Part shown: in pieces, positions 1 through 14,945 of the stretch
How positions within the stretch are numbered: the first letter of the stretch is position 1
Layout: every line of letters starts with the position of its first letter
DNA from: the human T2T-CHM13v2.0 reference genome, Homo sapiens
Length of the DNA stretch: 64,000 bases
Assembly (NCBI RefSeq): GCF_009914755.1
Contig: NC_060928.1
Reading direction: 5' to 3' (one strand)
Notes under the pieces: generated by a model
Seen by the model: the letters and a program-made list of their open reading frames with translations, nothing else
Told to the model about the DNA's origin: nothing
Database searches by the model: none
Translations under genes and position numbers: made by a program

Positions 1-224
1 GAAAGTAGCTTTGAATTTGGGAGTATATTCTGTTGGATCACACATTAGCTCTTTTTATAGGTCGAAAATGGTTGAGTATCAGGAATTTCATGTGGTGTCA
101 GCCTGATGTGCATTTTGCCTTTGATTGAAACAGTTTGTAAGACATTTAGTAGTCATGTTTAAATGCTACATTTGAAATTCCACATTGGTGGGGGAAGAAC
201 ACTGGTTGAGGCTAGAGCATAGTA

Positions 225-395
225 TGGATTCAAAATCCTGTTTATGCATTTTTTTATTGTACTACCTTGGAGAAGGTAATACTACTTACTTGCCTCAGTT
301 TTGTCATCTGTAAAATGGGAATTAAATGTTTTTTGGCTTTGGGGGAAGGAGGATTGCAATAACGTGTGAGAAAAATGCCTATCTGGCACAGGGCC
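225..395 (+). mobile_element. MIR SINE fragment
   Basis: MIR core motif gcctcagttttgtcatctgtaaaatggg at ~292-320; diverged, approximate ends. Confidence 0.65.
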
Positions 396-2254
396 ATCAC
401 ACAAGAGGGCATGTACACCTTCCCAGAAAAGTGCTTATTTAAGTTAACACAGACTACTGCAATTGAGTCACATACAGTTATTAGAAACAAGTGGGCGGCT
501 CCATAATCAAGCAATACCATATCATTAAATAACATTTAGGAGAGACTTCTATTTGCTGGGCATTGTGTGAGGGGCTAAGGATGGAGGAACACAGTCTTTG
601 CAAAATGTCAATCACTCTGGGTTTTTTTCTTTAGCTTCAAGGAGCACTGGCTGGAATTCTTACACATTGATGATTAATATCTAGGTACTGGGTAGCTAGA
701 AAACGGATTTTAAAAATATCACCAAATTCTGCATGATTTGGCTTTAGAAAGAAGCATTGATTTCAGTGGGGAAACTTTTGTCTCTCAAGGTTATGTTTGT
801 GAGATATTAGGCTACAAAGCATGGGCACGAGGTCACGCATTTTACTCATTTAGGCGTTCCTCAGGTGCAGTACCATGTGTGACCTTGCTCAGCTATCCAA
901 ACGAAAATGAAAGATTACCCAAAATCAGATTTGTATAAGAAATTACTTTGCGAGTCATAGCTGATTTCTCAGTGTTTGTTTTTCTCTTTCAGCTGAACCA
1001 TTTCTTTCTCTTGGTCTGAAATCCCCTAGATGGCACTAGAGAATACTATATTTAAGTGGTTTATATAATACCCTTCAGTAAATGAGGGCAAGTAATTTTT
1101 ATTTTTCTGCAAATAAACATTAATAAGAAGTTGAACAGGATGAAATGCAATGTGCGAGGTTAGCATTTATTCATTCTTTATTTAAAAGATATAGTAAATG
1201 CTCCTTGAAAGTGAATGTAGGTAATTTAAATGTGGGTGCCTCACAATCAGTCTTAGATATTTTAATTAGAATAAAATTCATTTGGTGCAGGCAAAAAGAC
1301 ACAGCAGAGATCTTGAGGCTGATTGTTGGCTCAAATGACATTTATATCAGAGCCATAACACAGTATCAGGGTCTCATAGGAGGGAGTGGGTTTAAATGGG
1401 GCCCAGAGCTCACATGGCCCGGGAAATGAGCGGGTAAGATGAGTGAAGAGGCCTGGCTGTAACATTATGGGATGTGATGGTATATGTGGCTACTGGGCCC
1501 ACACACCAGTGAGAAACAGGGTAGGTCTGGTGTGGCCCACAGGCTTTGAAGTGGCAAGGTTTGTAGATCTAATCCAGATTGTTTTTCAGTCAGAAACTTA
1601 AGGCTAAGATAATGTGCCTTATCAAAGATCACAGAGCAAATTTGTGATAAAGTTAGGGTTTAAATTCCATTTTCCTGACTTTACTCTCTCCTCTTTGCCA
1701 TTGCACCATAATATGCCAAAGATGTCTCCAGCAATGTCTCTAGCACCTCACACTCCCCTAATCTCTTCATTGTTCTTTCCTTATCCTCCTTTCAGAAGTT
1801 CAATGTTCTTGTAACCACATGCAAGCTTGGGTGCTCTAAGTTGCTAGTGGGTTGAGCACTCCCAACTTAGGATGCTTCAACAGTAAGGCAGTTTTATTCC
1901 ACTCTAACAGGAACCTCGAGGTGGGGTGGCTCCAGGGTTTGCTAATTCAGCAGATCAGTGACACTATCTGGGGGCCAGTGTTTTTCCTTTTTTGTACTCT
2001 GCATCTTTTCATTCTCAGTTTTTGTTTCCATGGGTGAAAAATAGCTTCTGCAGCACTAGACATCACATGCAGACTTGACCACATCCATCCGTGTTAAAGA
2101 GACCATTTCTTCCTTGCACCTCTTTTATAGTGTGGGAAAATGTTTCCCAGAAACCCCCAACAGACCTACTCTCATGTCTCATTGGCCAGAATTGAGGAAT
2201 ATTGCCAACTCTACCAGTGAACAGCAAGGACAACAGACTGCCCCGTGGGGAGGT

Positions 2255-2445
2255 GCCTCTCCACCAACAGAGGTGTTTGGAAATGTGCAGGGATGTTCTT
2301 GGTTTACAAAGTGACTAAATGACAGTCTGGAGTATTTCAGATGAGGACATAGGAATAAGAAGTGTTCTCCAATGTTCAGGCCAGTCCTTTATGATATAAA
2401 ATAATTTTGTCCAAATGTCAATATGACACCTGTTGAAAAACCCTG
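2255..2445. mobile_element. hAT-Charlie MER20-like DNA transposon fragment
   Basis: tttggaaatgtgcagggatgttcttggtt...caaatgtcaatatgacacctgttgaaaaaccctg resembles MER20-family sequence. Confidence 0.45.
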
Positions 2446-3274
2446 GAGGTCAATCAGGACTTCCTACTGAGTCATGGGGGAGGGGATGGACCGCCAAGGC
2501 ATTCAGGACTCGGCAAAAGTGCAAAAGGAGGTATGATATCTGAGGACACAGTCAACAGTCCCTTTCCCCTTGTTCCTGTTTGGGTCTTGTGTTATCACTT
2601 CCTGGAATCCTGCAAAAGTAGTGTAAATGCCCAAAGAAGGCCAGCCTCCCAGGTCTTTTTGTAAAAGACCACAATAAGATAAAAGAGAATATAATAATTA
2701 CGAAGACTTTACTTGGATAACATGAATTAAGAAAGAGTTGTGATTCCTCTTCAACAGGCAAATAGTGTTTTTATTTGCCCACTGGGGTAAGGATGGGAGG
2801 AAGGAGATAACTGGGAAGACAGATGGGCTTGTTTGTGGCTTTGCATTTATTGGGGGTTGGGGAGCTGGGAAGCCACTGGAGCTAGAAATGGGTGCTGTAT
2901 TTCTTCCCAATTCCCTAAGTGTCGTAGGAGAGAATTAACAGAGGTGAGATAGCAGGATCATTTTCTGGAAATAACTCAGTCTTTAAAGTCATAGCAACCT
3001 TGGTCACCAAATCCAGGCTTCTTGTAAACTGTATGATCTTGGGACAGTTACTAAAGTTCTCTGAGCCACAATTATGTCCTCGTTGAAATGTGGTTGGCCA
3101 AAAAAAAAAAACAAAAACAAAACAAAACAAAAAAAAAACTACCTGGTAAGTAATTGCCTTAATTACCTGGGAAAGCAGAAGGTGAGTCCCTTGCCAGTGT
3201 TCAGTAAATGCCAGTTCCCATCACCTTCGCCTGCAGATGACGTTGTTATTTATTTATCACCCTTTCTCCCTACA

Positions 3275-3496
3275 TAGGATTGTGAGGTGTAGCAAATAAA
3301 AATACAGAATTCTCAGTGAAATTTGAAGTTGAGATAAATAACAAATACTTTGTTGATACAATTATGTGCCATGTAATTTGTTAGTGTAAGTCTATCCCAA
3401 GTTGCATGGAACATACTTATACCAACAAAGTATTCATTTTTTAAAATCTGAACTTCACATTTAACTAGGTGCCCTGCATTTTATCTTCCAATCCTA
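3275..3496 (+). mobile_element. MER53 palindromic hAT MITE
   Basis: Starts taggattgtgaggtgtagcaaataaaaatacag, ends tttaactaggtgccctgcattttatcttccaatccta; termini are mutually inverted and match MER53 as recalled. Confidence 0.8.
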
Positions 3497-5919
3497 TAGC
3501 CACATTATCTCTCTTCCTTAGGTTATCTGCAGCCACAGAATGAATAAGTCAAGCCTAAATTAAATACCGGTCTTTCATGCACATGTTTTAACATTTGCAG
3601 GCACTAGACAAACTCACAGGCTGCACCTTCAGCTTCTTTTAATGAACAAGCACCCTCCACACCCAGGAAGAGAGGACCTTGCCTTGGCTGAGATATGATG
3701 AGCAGGTCTCAAAACTCATCTTTGTCTTACAAACTTTGGGGTTGATCTTGCTCCAGAGTGTTTTCTTCCACAGTTGGCTGTTCCGTGTCTGCATAGATCT
3801 GCAGTAAATACTGTACTGCACTGCTGAAAAGGGAGGAAAAACATTACCATCTGCATCTACAGCTTGCAAATTACAGCTTGCAATCACCTGCTATTAAATA
3901 AAGACACTTTAACAATATTTTGGGTTTTAAATTAGTAATTTACATCACAAGACTCTGAAAATACTAGTCTTTTAATACTGCAATTTTCTTTCTTTTTAAC
4001 CAGGCACCAACATGTATTGAATTTTTTAAAAGAAGCTATACAAAGTAATGTTTATTTAAACAATAGCCACCAATGGTATGAAACACACAGATGGAAATCC
4101 GTAGTTCTTTTCTCACTGGGAAGCATCACTGGGCGACCTCGATGAGGCTGCAACTCTCTAATTTACATCATGGGGCAATCTAGGCATTGACCTTTTTTAA
4201 AAAAAATAAAATAACTGCTTGGCCACACCAGGCTATGTGACATCTAAGAAAGTGGTCTCAGGCCAGGAATCAGAGGCAAAGTCTTTGTTTGAAGGAGACT
4301 TGAAGCAAAAAGGCTGAAAGAGAGAGAGTTGAAGTGGGAGTATTTCCCTTAGTCACTTGACATCAGGGCTGAATTGGAGGGGATTGGCATTTGTACAAAG
4401 CACAGCGGATGCAAAACGAGATGGAATTTGGGAGCCTACAAAGAGAGAAAGATTAAGCAGCTTTGCGCCTCACGGACACTATGTTTATAGACAGAGGGTT
4501 ATATCTATATCCAAATATAGTGGTTTGTCTTCAAGTTCTTATTATTGGACCTTTATTCTGTCTTTCTCTTGACATCTGAGTGAGCGAATGGGAAAACACC
4601 AGGAGCTGGCACACATTGCAAAGAGCTAAGTATAAGCTTTGCAGTGTGAATCACCGGGTTGTAAATTCCTTCACACAAACAAAAAGCATTCTGGAGCATT
4701 GTAACTGTGAGCAGGCAGGCTGCTTTCCTGTGCGCCTCTGGCTCTCCCATGCCTTCAGCTGCCCTTGATGAACAGCTGTTTCTTACATCTCCTCCAGACC
4801 CAGGAGTCACTACTATTTTTTTTTTAAATCCTAAAAAAGTGGGCACTGTCTTTTTTTTTGCTGTTCACGCCTTGCCATTTTTGTTTTTTTATAACCCAAG
4901 ACAGCGGCTTAAATCTTAAACTCTTTCCTTTTCCTGGCGTACTGAATTTTGATTCCTGCACATGGCACGTGCTTAGTCAGTGTTAGATATTAGTATTATT
5001 GCCAGTAATAGTAGGAAAAGTTTAATGCTGTACCACGCCAAATTCTAATTTGAAAGGGGAAGTATCTTTGAGAAAAACACAGCTCATCCCATGAACATGC
5101 AGTGGGTAATTGGTTTCAGGTCATCCCATGAACACACTCATCCCATGAACACGCAGCTGGTGATTGGTCTGGAAATTTGGGTAGTTTTAATCCTTCCCAA
5201 GTTCCATTAATTGCGCTCTTCAGTTCCACAGGTTCAGTCCTGAGTCAAACCAAACCTACCTGTGGCTGAGCTGGTTCGTGACCATTAGTGATTTACTTGG
5301 AAAAGCAGCCCATTGAATGGTTCTTAGACTTTTCCAGTCCTATAAGGCTTATGGTCACCTTTAATACCATTTATCACCCTATCTTATTATCTCTGCTAAG
5401 GTCTAATGTTAGTTCCTCTGTTAAGGATTAAATTGGTTTCAATCTAATCTTCTAAATAGAATTTAGGTGATTTGGGGCCCAGCTCAACTATTTCTTGGTC
5501 AGAGGGCTTTGTTCAGTTTCTTTTATTAGGTGCTATTCATAGTACCATTTGCTGATAGAATCAGGGGATAATGGATAGATTTTTATTTCATGTTGATTAC
5601 ATACACGTTCTTTTTAAAGGCTTTTAAAAACTAAATGTACAACTTATCACCAATGCATAACACTGGAGTCACTCTCATTAGCTTAAATGGAACCTGCAAA
5701 GAATGAAATGTTTCCTTCAGAAGTACACGCATGCTTAGGTGATAGAAAAGTCCTTGAATGGCTATTGTTAGAATTTCTGGATTCATGGCCTGTCTCATGT
5801 CTTTTAATGAATATTGTAAATGTGGTTAGAAAACACTTCAGTGCAATCATTATCTGAAATAAAAACTATCAACATTTTTTGATTTTACACTTTGAGTTTG
5901 TCCTTAGTGGTGCATGCTA

Positions 5920-6230
5920 TTTTATTTTTAGTTTTTGTTTTTGAGACAGAGTCTCACTCACTTTGTTTCCCAGGCTGGAGTGCAATGACACCATCTTGGC
6001 TCACTGCAACTTCTGCCTCCTGGATTCAAGCAATTCTTGTGCCTCAGCCTCCTGAGTAGCTGGGATTACAGGCGTCTGCCACTAGGCCCAGCTAATTTCT
6101 TGTATTTTTAGTAGAGATGAGGGTTTCACAATGTTGGCCAGGCTGGCCTCAAACTCCTGACCTCGGGAGATCCACCTGCCTTGGCCTCCCAAAGCTGCTG
6201 GGACTACAGGCATGAGCCACTGTGCCCAGT
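5920..6230 (-). mobile_element. Alu (S/J type), full length
   Basis: Antisense Alu body; TSD-like tgcatg(c)tattt at 5911 and 6231. Confidence 0.95.
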
Positions 6231-6647
6231 TGCATGTATTTTAAAAATGTGTGTTGGTCACAGATCCTGAGATATGAAAGAAAGAATACAATTTATCCTC
6301 ACATTTTCCCAGCTAACTGAACAGAGGTTGCAGTGAAGATGAAGTAAGATAGTTGTAAAAGTCCTTTGCAAACTACGGGTTGCTATTTTTTCTTTAAGTG
6401 ATTAGAATTACATAGTGAAAGTCGTTCCCAGCATTGATGTCAGGGCCTGAGACCAACATCTAGCTCTGGGAGTCTTAGTCTTTAATTTGTGTGTATTTGC
6501 ACATGTGCATGTAAAAATCAGGTTTGTTTTAAATGCTTTCATTGAATTTCCCTCCTAAATAATGTTTTCTAAAGTGTCTGATGCATTTTCTTTTCAATTA
6601 TGAGACTGCTAATTTCCTGTTTCCATGAGATAGTCTTGAACCATTTT

Positions 6648-6704
6648 GAGAAAGAGGGAGAGAAAGAGAGCGAGCGAGCGAGAGAGAGCAGTCTAGTGAG
6701 AGAG
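6648..6704 (+). repeat. (GA)n/(GAGC)n purine-rich microsatellite
   Basis: gagaaagagggagagaaagagagcgagcgagcgagagagagc. Confidence 0.8.
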
Positions 6705-7229
6705 CAATTTGCTAACCTTTATTAAGACTTCAAAAACATTTGTGTGTACACTTTCTTAATACTCATTAGCTCACGGCTCCTGACATTTTATAAATCCTTG
6801 GATACTTGTTATCATCCTTTGCATCGCTTTTTATGATCTCTCAGCTGGAGAGGGATGGTTTACCTGTTTTAACTCCTTTAAACCTTTAGCTAATTAAGTA
6901 AACATCATTTGATGTAATGGGTTTTGCCATTGAGTTTACATTTTAAAGCATCTCTCACAATGTATCCATCCACTCAGGTTTTACATAATGAGTTTGGCAT
7001 TACAGGACTGTAGCGAAGAAAAGCTCATTTAAGAGCCATGGTGAAAGGGAAGACGCAGAACATTGCATGCCCAATCCTTAGTTTTACTAATGTGGTAAAC
7101 CTCTTTAGCCCATCTATCTCTTTCAAGAATTGCTAGCAGGGAGCCAAATTGATTGGTTTCCCTTTCACCTTTTAAAAATCTCCTCATGCATCTGCTTTTG
7201 TAGCTGGTAATAATCACAGAACAATAAAA

Positions 7230-7650
7230 TTTCAACTTGGAAGGCATTTTAAATGTCATAAAAATCCAATGGTTTATCCCATGCTCGGATCTCTTGTACA
7301 ATTCTACCCTCTCCCCCATGCCCCGCCAGTGGTTGGCTAGGCTTCCCTTGAATTCCTTCAGCCATGGGGTACTCACTACCTCTTAAGAGAGTTCATTCCA
7401 TTTTCATACAGTACTAGTGGCCAGAAAATTATTTGTTATTCTGAGAAGAAATTCTTTGTTGACTTGTTCTGTTTTCAGTAGATAGACAAAAACATGTGCA
7501 ATTTTTCTTTCTTGTTTTTGGATATATTTGAAGAAAACAATCCTGTCCTCTGCCTGTTTCTTTCTTCATGCCAAATATTTGTGATGATACAAGTCTTTAT
7601 ATGAGGTGATTTTGAGTCTAGCCATTCTGCGTACCTCAGCTCTGAACATG
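7230..7650 (-). mobile_element. Ancient CR1/L3-like LINE 3' fragment
   Basis: ttggaaggcattttaaatgtcat...cttgaattccttcagccatggggtactcactacctcttaagagagttcattccatt resembles the L3 3' end. Confidence 0.5.
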
Positions 7651-7679
7651 TAGTTGGCTGAGAAGAATATGAATGATAA

Positions 7680-7910
7680 AAATGACCATATTAGCCATTT
7701 CATATGTACTAGGTGTATTACAAGCATCATCTTTAATATCCATAGTAATCTGAGTTAAGTAATGTCACCCTCATGTTATAGATAAGGAAACCAGAGTAAA
7801 GGCAAGTTGAGGGTCTTTGTTAAGTTTTCATATGTAGTAGTTGGTAGAGCCAAATCTGAACGGATGTCTTTTCTGATTCCAAAGTGCATGTTCTTAACCC
7901 TACATCATAG
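7680..7910 (-). mobile_element. MIR SINE
   Basis: ccctcatgttatagataaggaaaccagag...ctgattccaaagtgcatgttcttaacc antisense MIR motifs. Confidence 0.65.
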
Positions 7911-8223
7911 TTTCCTTCATGAGATATAATAACAAGCTTCTCACATGCCCCACAAACTAATCTGAGTGCTCCAGGTCTGGTTTGAGCAACTCAGAGCGGA
8001 GAAAGTTTGTCACTTGTCTTGTCCTAGAAGTGATGCCAAACCGAAGAACTGATAAGGATATGGCCAGTCAGAGAAAGAAGGAGGGGAAACAAAGGAGTGA
8101 GCTGATTAACAGCATGGCCCAGGAGTCACAGAATAATTAAAAATGGCGTGTTTGGCAGGTGGGGAGGCAAGAGCTACATATGTCATGGCTGAAGTGGAAA
8201 GACGGCAGGTAAAAAACACAGGC

Positions 8224-8258
8224 GGCCGGGCGCGGTGGCTCATGCCTGTAATCCTCAG
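8224..8258 (+). mobile_element. Isolated Alu 5' head (first ~31-35 nt)
   Basis: ggccgggcgcggtggctcatgcctgtaatcc then abrupt switch to non-Alu sequence. Confidence 0.9.
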
Positions 8259-9906
<1,648 letters not shown>

Positions 9907-10280
9907 TATTCCCTTACATTTAATATTCGTTTGATGAAGCAAGTATTAACTTTTCCATTGAAATGCACTGACACAATGAACAGAGTTACAAGATACACTG
10001 GAAGCTTGCTGTGTAACATGATGCAAATTCAGTGACTGATCCATCCTTCTTGGGGATGTTAGCTGAAATTTCCAGGAGGCACTTGTTGCAAAACGTCATT
10101 CCAACTAGCATTGTGATTTCCTGTAAGATATGTATGTGTTGCTTTAAATTACTAAGTTTGTGGTAATTTGTCATAGAGATGAAAGAACAAAAGGAAAGTC
10201 CTTGTGGTTTTTCCTTAGTAGACATAAGTGCACTGCCAAGTTAGAGGATATTGTTGCCAAAGAAACTTAGGAACATAAGA

Positions 10281-10572
10281 TTTTTTCTTGAGACAAGGTC
10301 TTGCTGTGTTACCCAGGCTGGAGTGCAGTGGTGCAATCATGGCTCACTGCAGCCTTGAACTCTTAGGTCCAAGCCATCCTCCTGCCTCAGCCTCCCAAGT
10401 AGCTGATACTACAGGCACACGTCACCACACCCAGCTAACATTTTTTATTTTTGTAGAGACAGGAGTCGTGCTATGTTGCCCAGGCTGGTCTTGGACTCCT
10501 AGGCACAAGTGACCCTCCTGCCTCGTCTTCCCGAAGTGTTGGGATTATAGGTGTGAGCCACTGCACCTGGCT
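10281..10572 (-). mobile_element. AluJ
   Basis: AluJ-type antisense body; TSD cataagatt at 10274 and 10575. Confidence 0.93.
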
Positions 10573-10609
10573 ATCATAAGATTGTTGATGGTGATCCTGG
10601 TTTCAGTCA

Positions 10610-10790
10610 TGGTAAAACACTGGAACCAGAATCATGGAGTTGGGGAGATACATTCATTAAAAATGCAGATTCTTAGGTTTCCCCACAGACAACCAACATT
10701 AGAGTTTTCGGGGGGTGGAGGCTTAAAACTGATACCTGATAAACACTCCAGATAAAGCTTATGAATGTGAAAGTTGTGAAACACTTGTTT
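10610..10790. mobile_element. MER5-like hAT fragment
   Basis: ttaaaaatgcagattcttaggtttccccacagac...aaagttgtgaaacacttgttttag. Confidence 0.55.
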
Positions 10791-10801
10791 TAGTCCATTA
10801 G

Positions 10802-11632
10802 TGCATTTGTTTCTTATGCTTGCTGCAACAAATTACCACAGACTTTATGACTTAAAGCAACACCTACTCATTATCTTACAGTTGTGGAGATCAGAAGTCT
10901 GATGTGAGTTTCACTGGACTAAAATCAAGGCGTCACCAGGGTTGCATTCCTTCTGGGAGCTCTAGGGAAGATCTGTTTCCTTGCCTTTCCAGCTCCTAGA
11001 AGCTGCCTGTAGTCCTTGACTCAGGGCCCCTTTGAGCAGCCTAACCTCTGCTTCTGCCATTACATCTCCTTCATGGACTCTGACTTCCCTGCCTCCCTCT
11101 CTCCCTTATAAGGATCTTTGTGATTAAATTATTCGGGATAACCCCCACCTCTCAAAATTCTTTATTTAATTACATCAGCAAAGTCCCTTTGCCAAGTAAG
11201 GTGACCTATTTACAGGTTCTGGGGATTAGGACATGGACATCTTTGGGGAGATTAAACTGCTGTATTACTCCATTTTCATGCTACTGATAAAGACGTGCCC
11301 AATAATGGGTAAATTATAAAGAAAAAGTGGTTTAATGGACTCAGAGTTCCACGTGGCTGGGAGGCCTCACAATCATGGTAGAAGGTGAAAGGCATGTCTT
11401 ACATGGCGGCAGCCAAGACAGAATGAGAACCAAGCAAAAGGGGTTTCTCCTTATAAAACCAGCAGATCTTGTGATACTTATTCACTACCACAAGAACACT
11501 ATGGGGGAAACCACCCCCATGATTCAAGTCTCTCCCACCGAGTCCCTCCCACAACATGTGGGGGATTATATGAGCTACAATTCAAGATGAGATTTTAGAG
11601 GGGGCACAACCAAACCGTAACAACCGCCTACC
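10802..11632 (-). mobile_element. MLT1 (MaLR) solo LTR, interrupted near its end by THE1
   Basis: tgctgcaacaaattaccacagac...ggattaggacatggacatctttggggg; resumes gcctaccac after the THE1. Confidence 0.8.
11261..11622 (-). mobile_element. THE1 (THE1C-like) solo LTR
   Basis: tgtattactccattttcatgctactgataaagac...caaaccgtaaca; 5-bp TSD actgc/accgc. Confidence 0.9.
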
Positions 11633-12552
11633 ACGTTTGGTGTTAAAACATTTCAAAGAAACAGAAAGGGGTGGAGAATGAAACATTAGGTACCAGTAGT
11701 GTCTCCATCCCCCTCCAAAAGTCCTCCCAGTAAGCCTGGGGACTCTGAGGAGCACAGTTTGGAAAAAAAAAAACAATCCTAGTGTCCATGCTTACTTGAG
11801 TTCATGTGGCAGATTCTGACCATGAGTCTTCAGTTAGTGTATTTTGCATGACTTTCTAACAGTTTACTTTGCAACTATGATTCACCCTTCCCATATCTTA
11901 ATTTCTAAGAAACCCCTATTAAACTTACTGCCAAAAACAAAGTGGGACCTTGCTTTATTAGTGACAAAATTGCTAATTTAACTAATTGTAAGAGAAAATG
12001 CCTGTCAGGAAGGATAAGGGGCTTCTAAACATTTTTGAATGCCTTGGTACTATTTTCCAACATTTTCATTAGAAAGAAAATAAACAGGAAATTAGTGAAA
12101 AGGTATTAGTGAAAAGGTATTTGAAAAGGTATCCTTTTATCCTGTATATCTGTCCCTTGTCTCTTACGTGGTTCTGTCCCTTGTCTCTTATGTGGTGAGG
12201 CCCACAGTGAGTTCCTCCCTTCACCCCCACTTTTTCTTGGACTAAACTTGGCATTGATTGTGAAAACTTAATTCCTTTTGGTAACATTTTTCCTTTGAGA
12301 GACTTTTGGGCTCTGACAAAAGTTGTAGGTGTTTCTGAATTAATCTAAGAAAAAATGGTTCTGGGTTATGTAGTTCAACCAATATATAACAGCAGTAAGT
12401 TGTCTTATGAGAAGTTAACCACAGGCAAAGAATTAATTTTTTTTTCTCAGAAGACATCTTTGTATGCCACTGTATTAGGAGACATTTGGCCATCTGCCCT
12501 ATAACAATGCTTACTTCACTGGGAAAGAGATGGATTTGACAACTGTTCTTAG

Positions 12553-12732
12553 TGTCTGAATTAGTCAGCTCAGGCTTACATAGCAAAATGTTATAGACTG
12601 GGTGGCTTAGACAACGGAAATCTATTTCTTATAGTTGTGGAGTTTGGGAAGTTCAAGATCAAGGTGCTTTCACAAGAGAAGTTAGGGCTTCAACATATGA
12701 TTTTTTGGAGGAAAATAATGTAGTCCATAGCA
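12553..12732 (-). mobile_element. Internally deleted MLT1A-like LTR
   Basis: tagactgggtggcttagacaac...aagttcaagatcaaggtgc joined to ttagggcttcaacatatga...gtccatagca. Confidence 0.7.
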
Positions 12733-14569
12733 GTGTTCCTAGATCATCACAAGTGTTTCCTGCAAGCCCCTGGACACTTCATCACAAAAGATGGTTTATG
12801 TAATTATGACAAGGGACAAAGGAGAAGAATGAACAGGTTATTAAAGCTCCTATCTTTAATCTTTTGTTCTTTGTTTACACACATTAGTCTTGCTTGCTCT
12901 TTTACAATATTTCTATTAGAAAACAGAAGAAGTCAGCATTCAGGACCCCCAAGATATAAGAAAAGTTGTAATTGGATCCAATTGCTGTCCATAACTCAGA
13001 CATCTCCTCTCTTGGAAAGCAGTTATATCATGCCTATAAAGTTTGGCTGTGGGTGATTTTTCTCTGTTCTTTTGCCTTGTAAGATGGGTGGGGTGTGGGC
13101 AAGTTCATTTTGCTCAGAATTTTGAAATAAAAAAGAGAACTTACCAAGAGAGTTCTCAAAAATGAATAAAGATTATATTGATCATTATTAATATTATCTT
13201 TGTGTAGAAGCTTATTTAACTGATGTTTGTTTCCAGGAGTTTTGAATAAAGAGGGGGAGGCGAGCAAGAAGAGGCAGAGGAAGCCTCCCAGCCATAGTGC
13301 AGGCATGACCCCAGGGAGAAAGAGAGGGAGGCATGATGGTCCAAGAGAAGGAGCCTCAGATTGCTGCTCTCAGAGTCCAAGTCAGGCTGATGGGAATTCC
13401 CAGAGCAGAGAGTACCTATTGGAGGAGCCCACATTGGGCAGGAAAGGTCAAGCTCCAGTGTCCCTGCTGTGCTCAGTCACTGGTAGGGAGTACCCCCAGG
13501 AGAACATGGTCTAGGTGTGAATGCTGCCCTACATCCACAGGTAGGGTGGCTGGAGGCTGTCAGCTGCGCATGCTCCTTTGTAGTGGGTTCCCCTGAAGGG
13601 AGCTCTGAGGGGTGCACCTTCATGGACACCATAGGACGTTTTCATGTTTTACATTTTTAACAGAACCAATTAATTAACTGGAGCATGGCAAAGGAAAAGA
13701 CATCTAGCTGGATCTCTGGCCAGAAATTCTTGAAACAATTATATCTATTTTCTATTTCTTCCTTCCTCGCCTCCCATCCCTTCCCCACCCCTCCCCTTCC
13801 CTTTTCTCACTGCCTCCCTCCCTCCCCAACCTTCTCTCTCTTTCTTATATTTTAGCAGTTGACTATTACAAGGAGGGGACCAAACACCTTGCATGAAATA
13901 TATTAATAGAAGAGAATGCATCTTCTTATCAATGTAAAATATCTATTTCCTACCCTTAATTTTGTCAGTGTCCAAGGAAATTCTTATTATTAGAAGAGGT
14001 TTACCAGACATTCATTAAATTAAACTATTTGGAAATCAATTTGCTGAAGAAATAAAAATGATTATTTAGGAGGATTCCTGTTTGAACTTTCCTATTTTAA
14101 AATGTCTTCCTCTTTTATATTCACATAGGCCTCTAAATTTGCTAGAAAAGAGATGTCAACATCACTATTTAAAAACATAACACATGAAGGCAATAAAACT
14201 TAACTTCTTGGTGACCTCCTTCCACTTCAAAAAAAAAGTTTCTTTACATTTTTATTCTCATCTCTGTAGTTTTAGTGCTTAGAAACATTTGGAGAATGTA
14301 AAATACTATACAAATGCTTGTTGAAATAATAAATAGATGAATAAATAAATAATAAAATAATGAATGAATACATGAATAATAGAATAACTATCTGACAGTA
14401 TGTTTTGAGTGTGGCTGAAAGTGAGAAAATAGAAATAATTAATTTAGAATTTTTTTCAAAGTCACAACTTCCACTGAAGGAAATCATGAATTGATTCCCA
14501 GAGGTATTGTGTCTGATTTCATAATTTACAAATCTCATCCTTATATTCTGAGCAAGAGCCAAAAAAATC

Positions 14570-14945
14570 TCAATTAATCTGTTTTCTGCTTTTGTAATAA
14601 AGTGCCACAGATTGGGTCATATATAAAGAAAATAGATTTATTTGGCTTATGGTTCTGGAGGCTGAAAAGTCCAAGATCATGGGCTGCGTCTCGTGAAAGT
14701 CTTCTTGCTGCTTCATAACATCGTGGAAGGCATCACATAATGAGAGAGGGTGAGCATGCGCAAGACAGAGAGGGAATGGGGACCAAACTTGTCTTTTTAT
14801 CAGGAGCCCATTCCTGTGATAATGGCATTGATCCATTCATGAGGGCAGAGCTGTCATAACTTAATCACCCCGTAAAGATCCCATCTCCTAATACCATCAC
14901 AATGGCAATTACACTTCAACATGAGTTTTGGAAGGAACATTGAAA
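14570..14945 (-). mobile_element. MST (MSTB/D-like) solo LTR
   Basis: tttatttggcttatggttctggaggctgaaaagtccaagatc...atccattcatgagggcagag...ttcaacatgagttttgga. Confidence 0.85.

Noticed and set aside
6540-7030. Repeat-free AT-rich block with TAAT/TGATGTAAT motifs, possible conserved enhancer (similar blocks at ~28100-28860 and ~33550-34700)
   Set aside because: Conservation or activity cannot be judged from one sequence, and such motifs occur by chance
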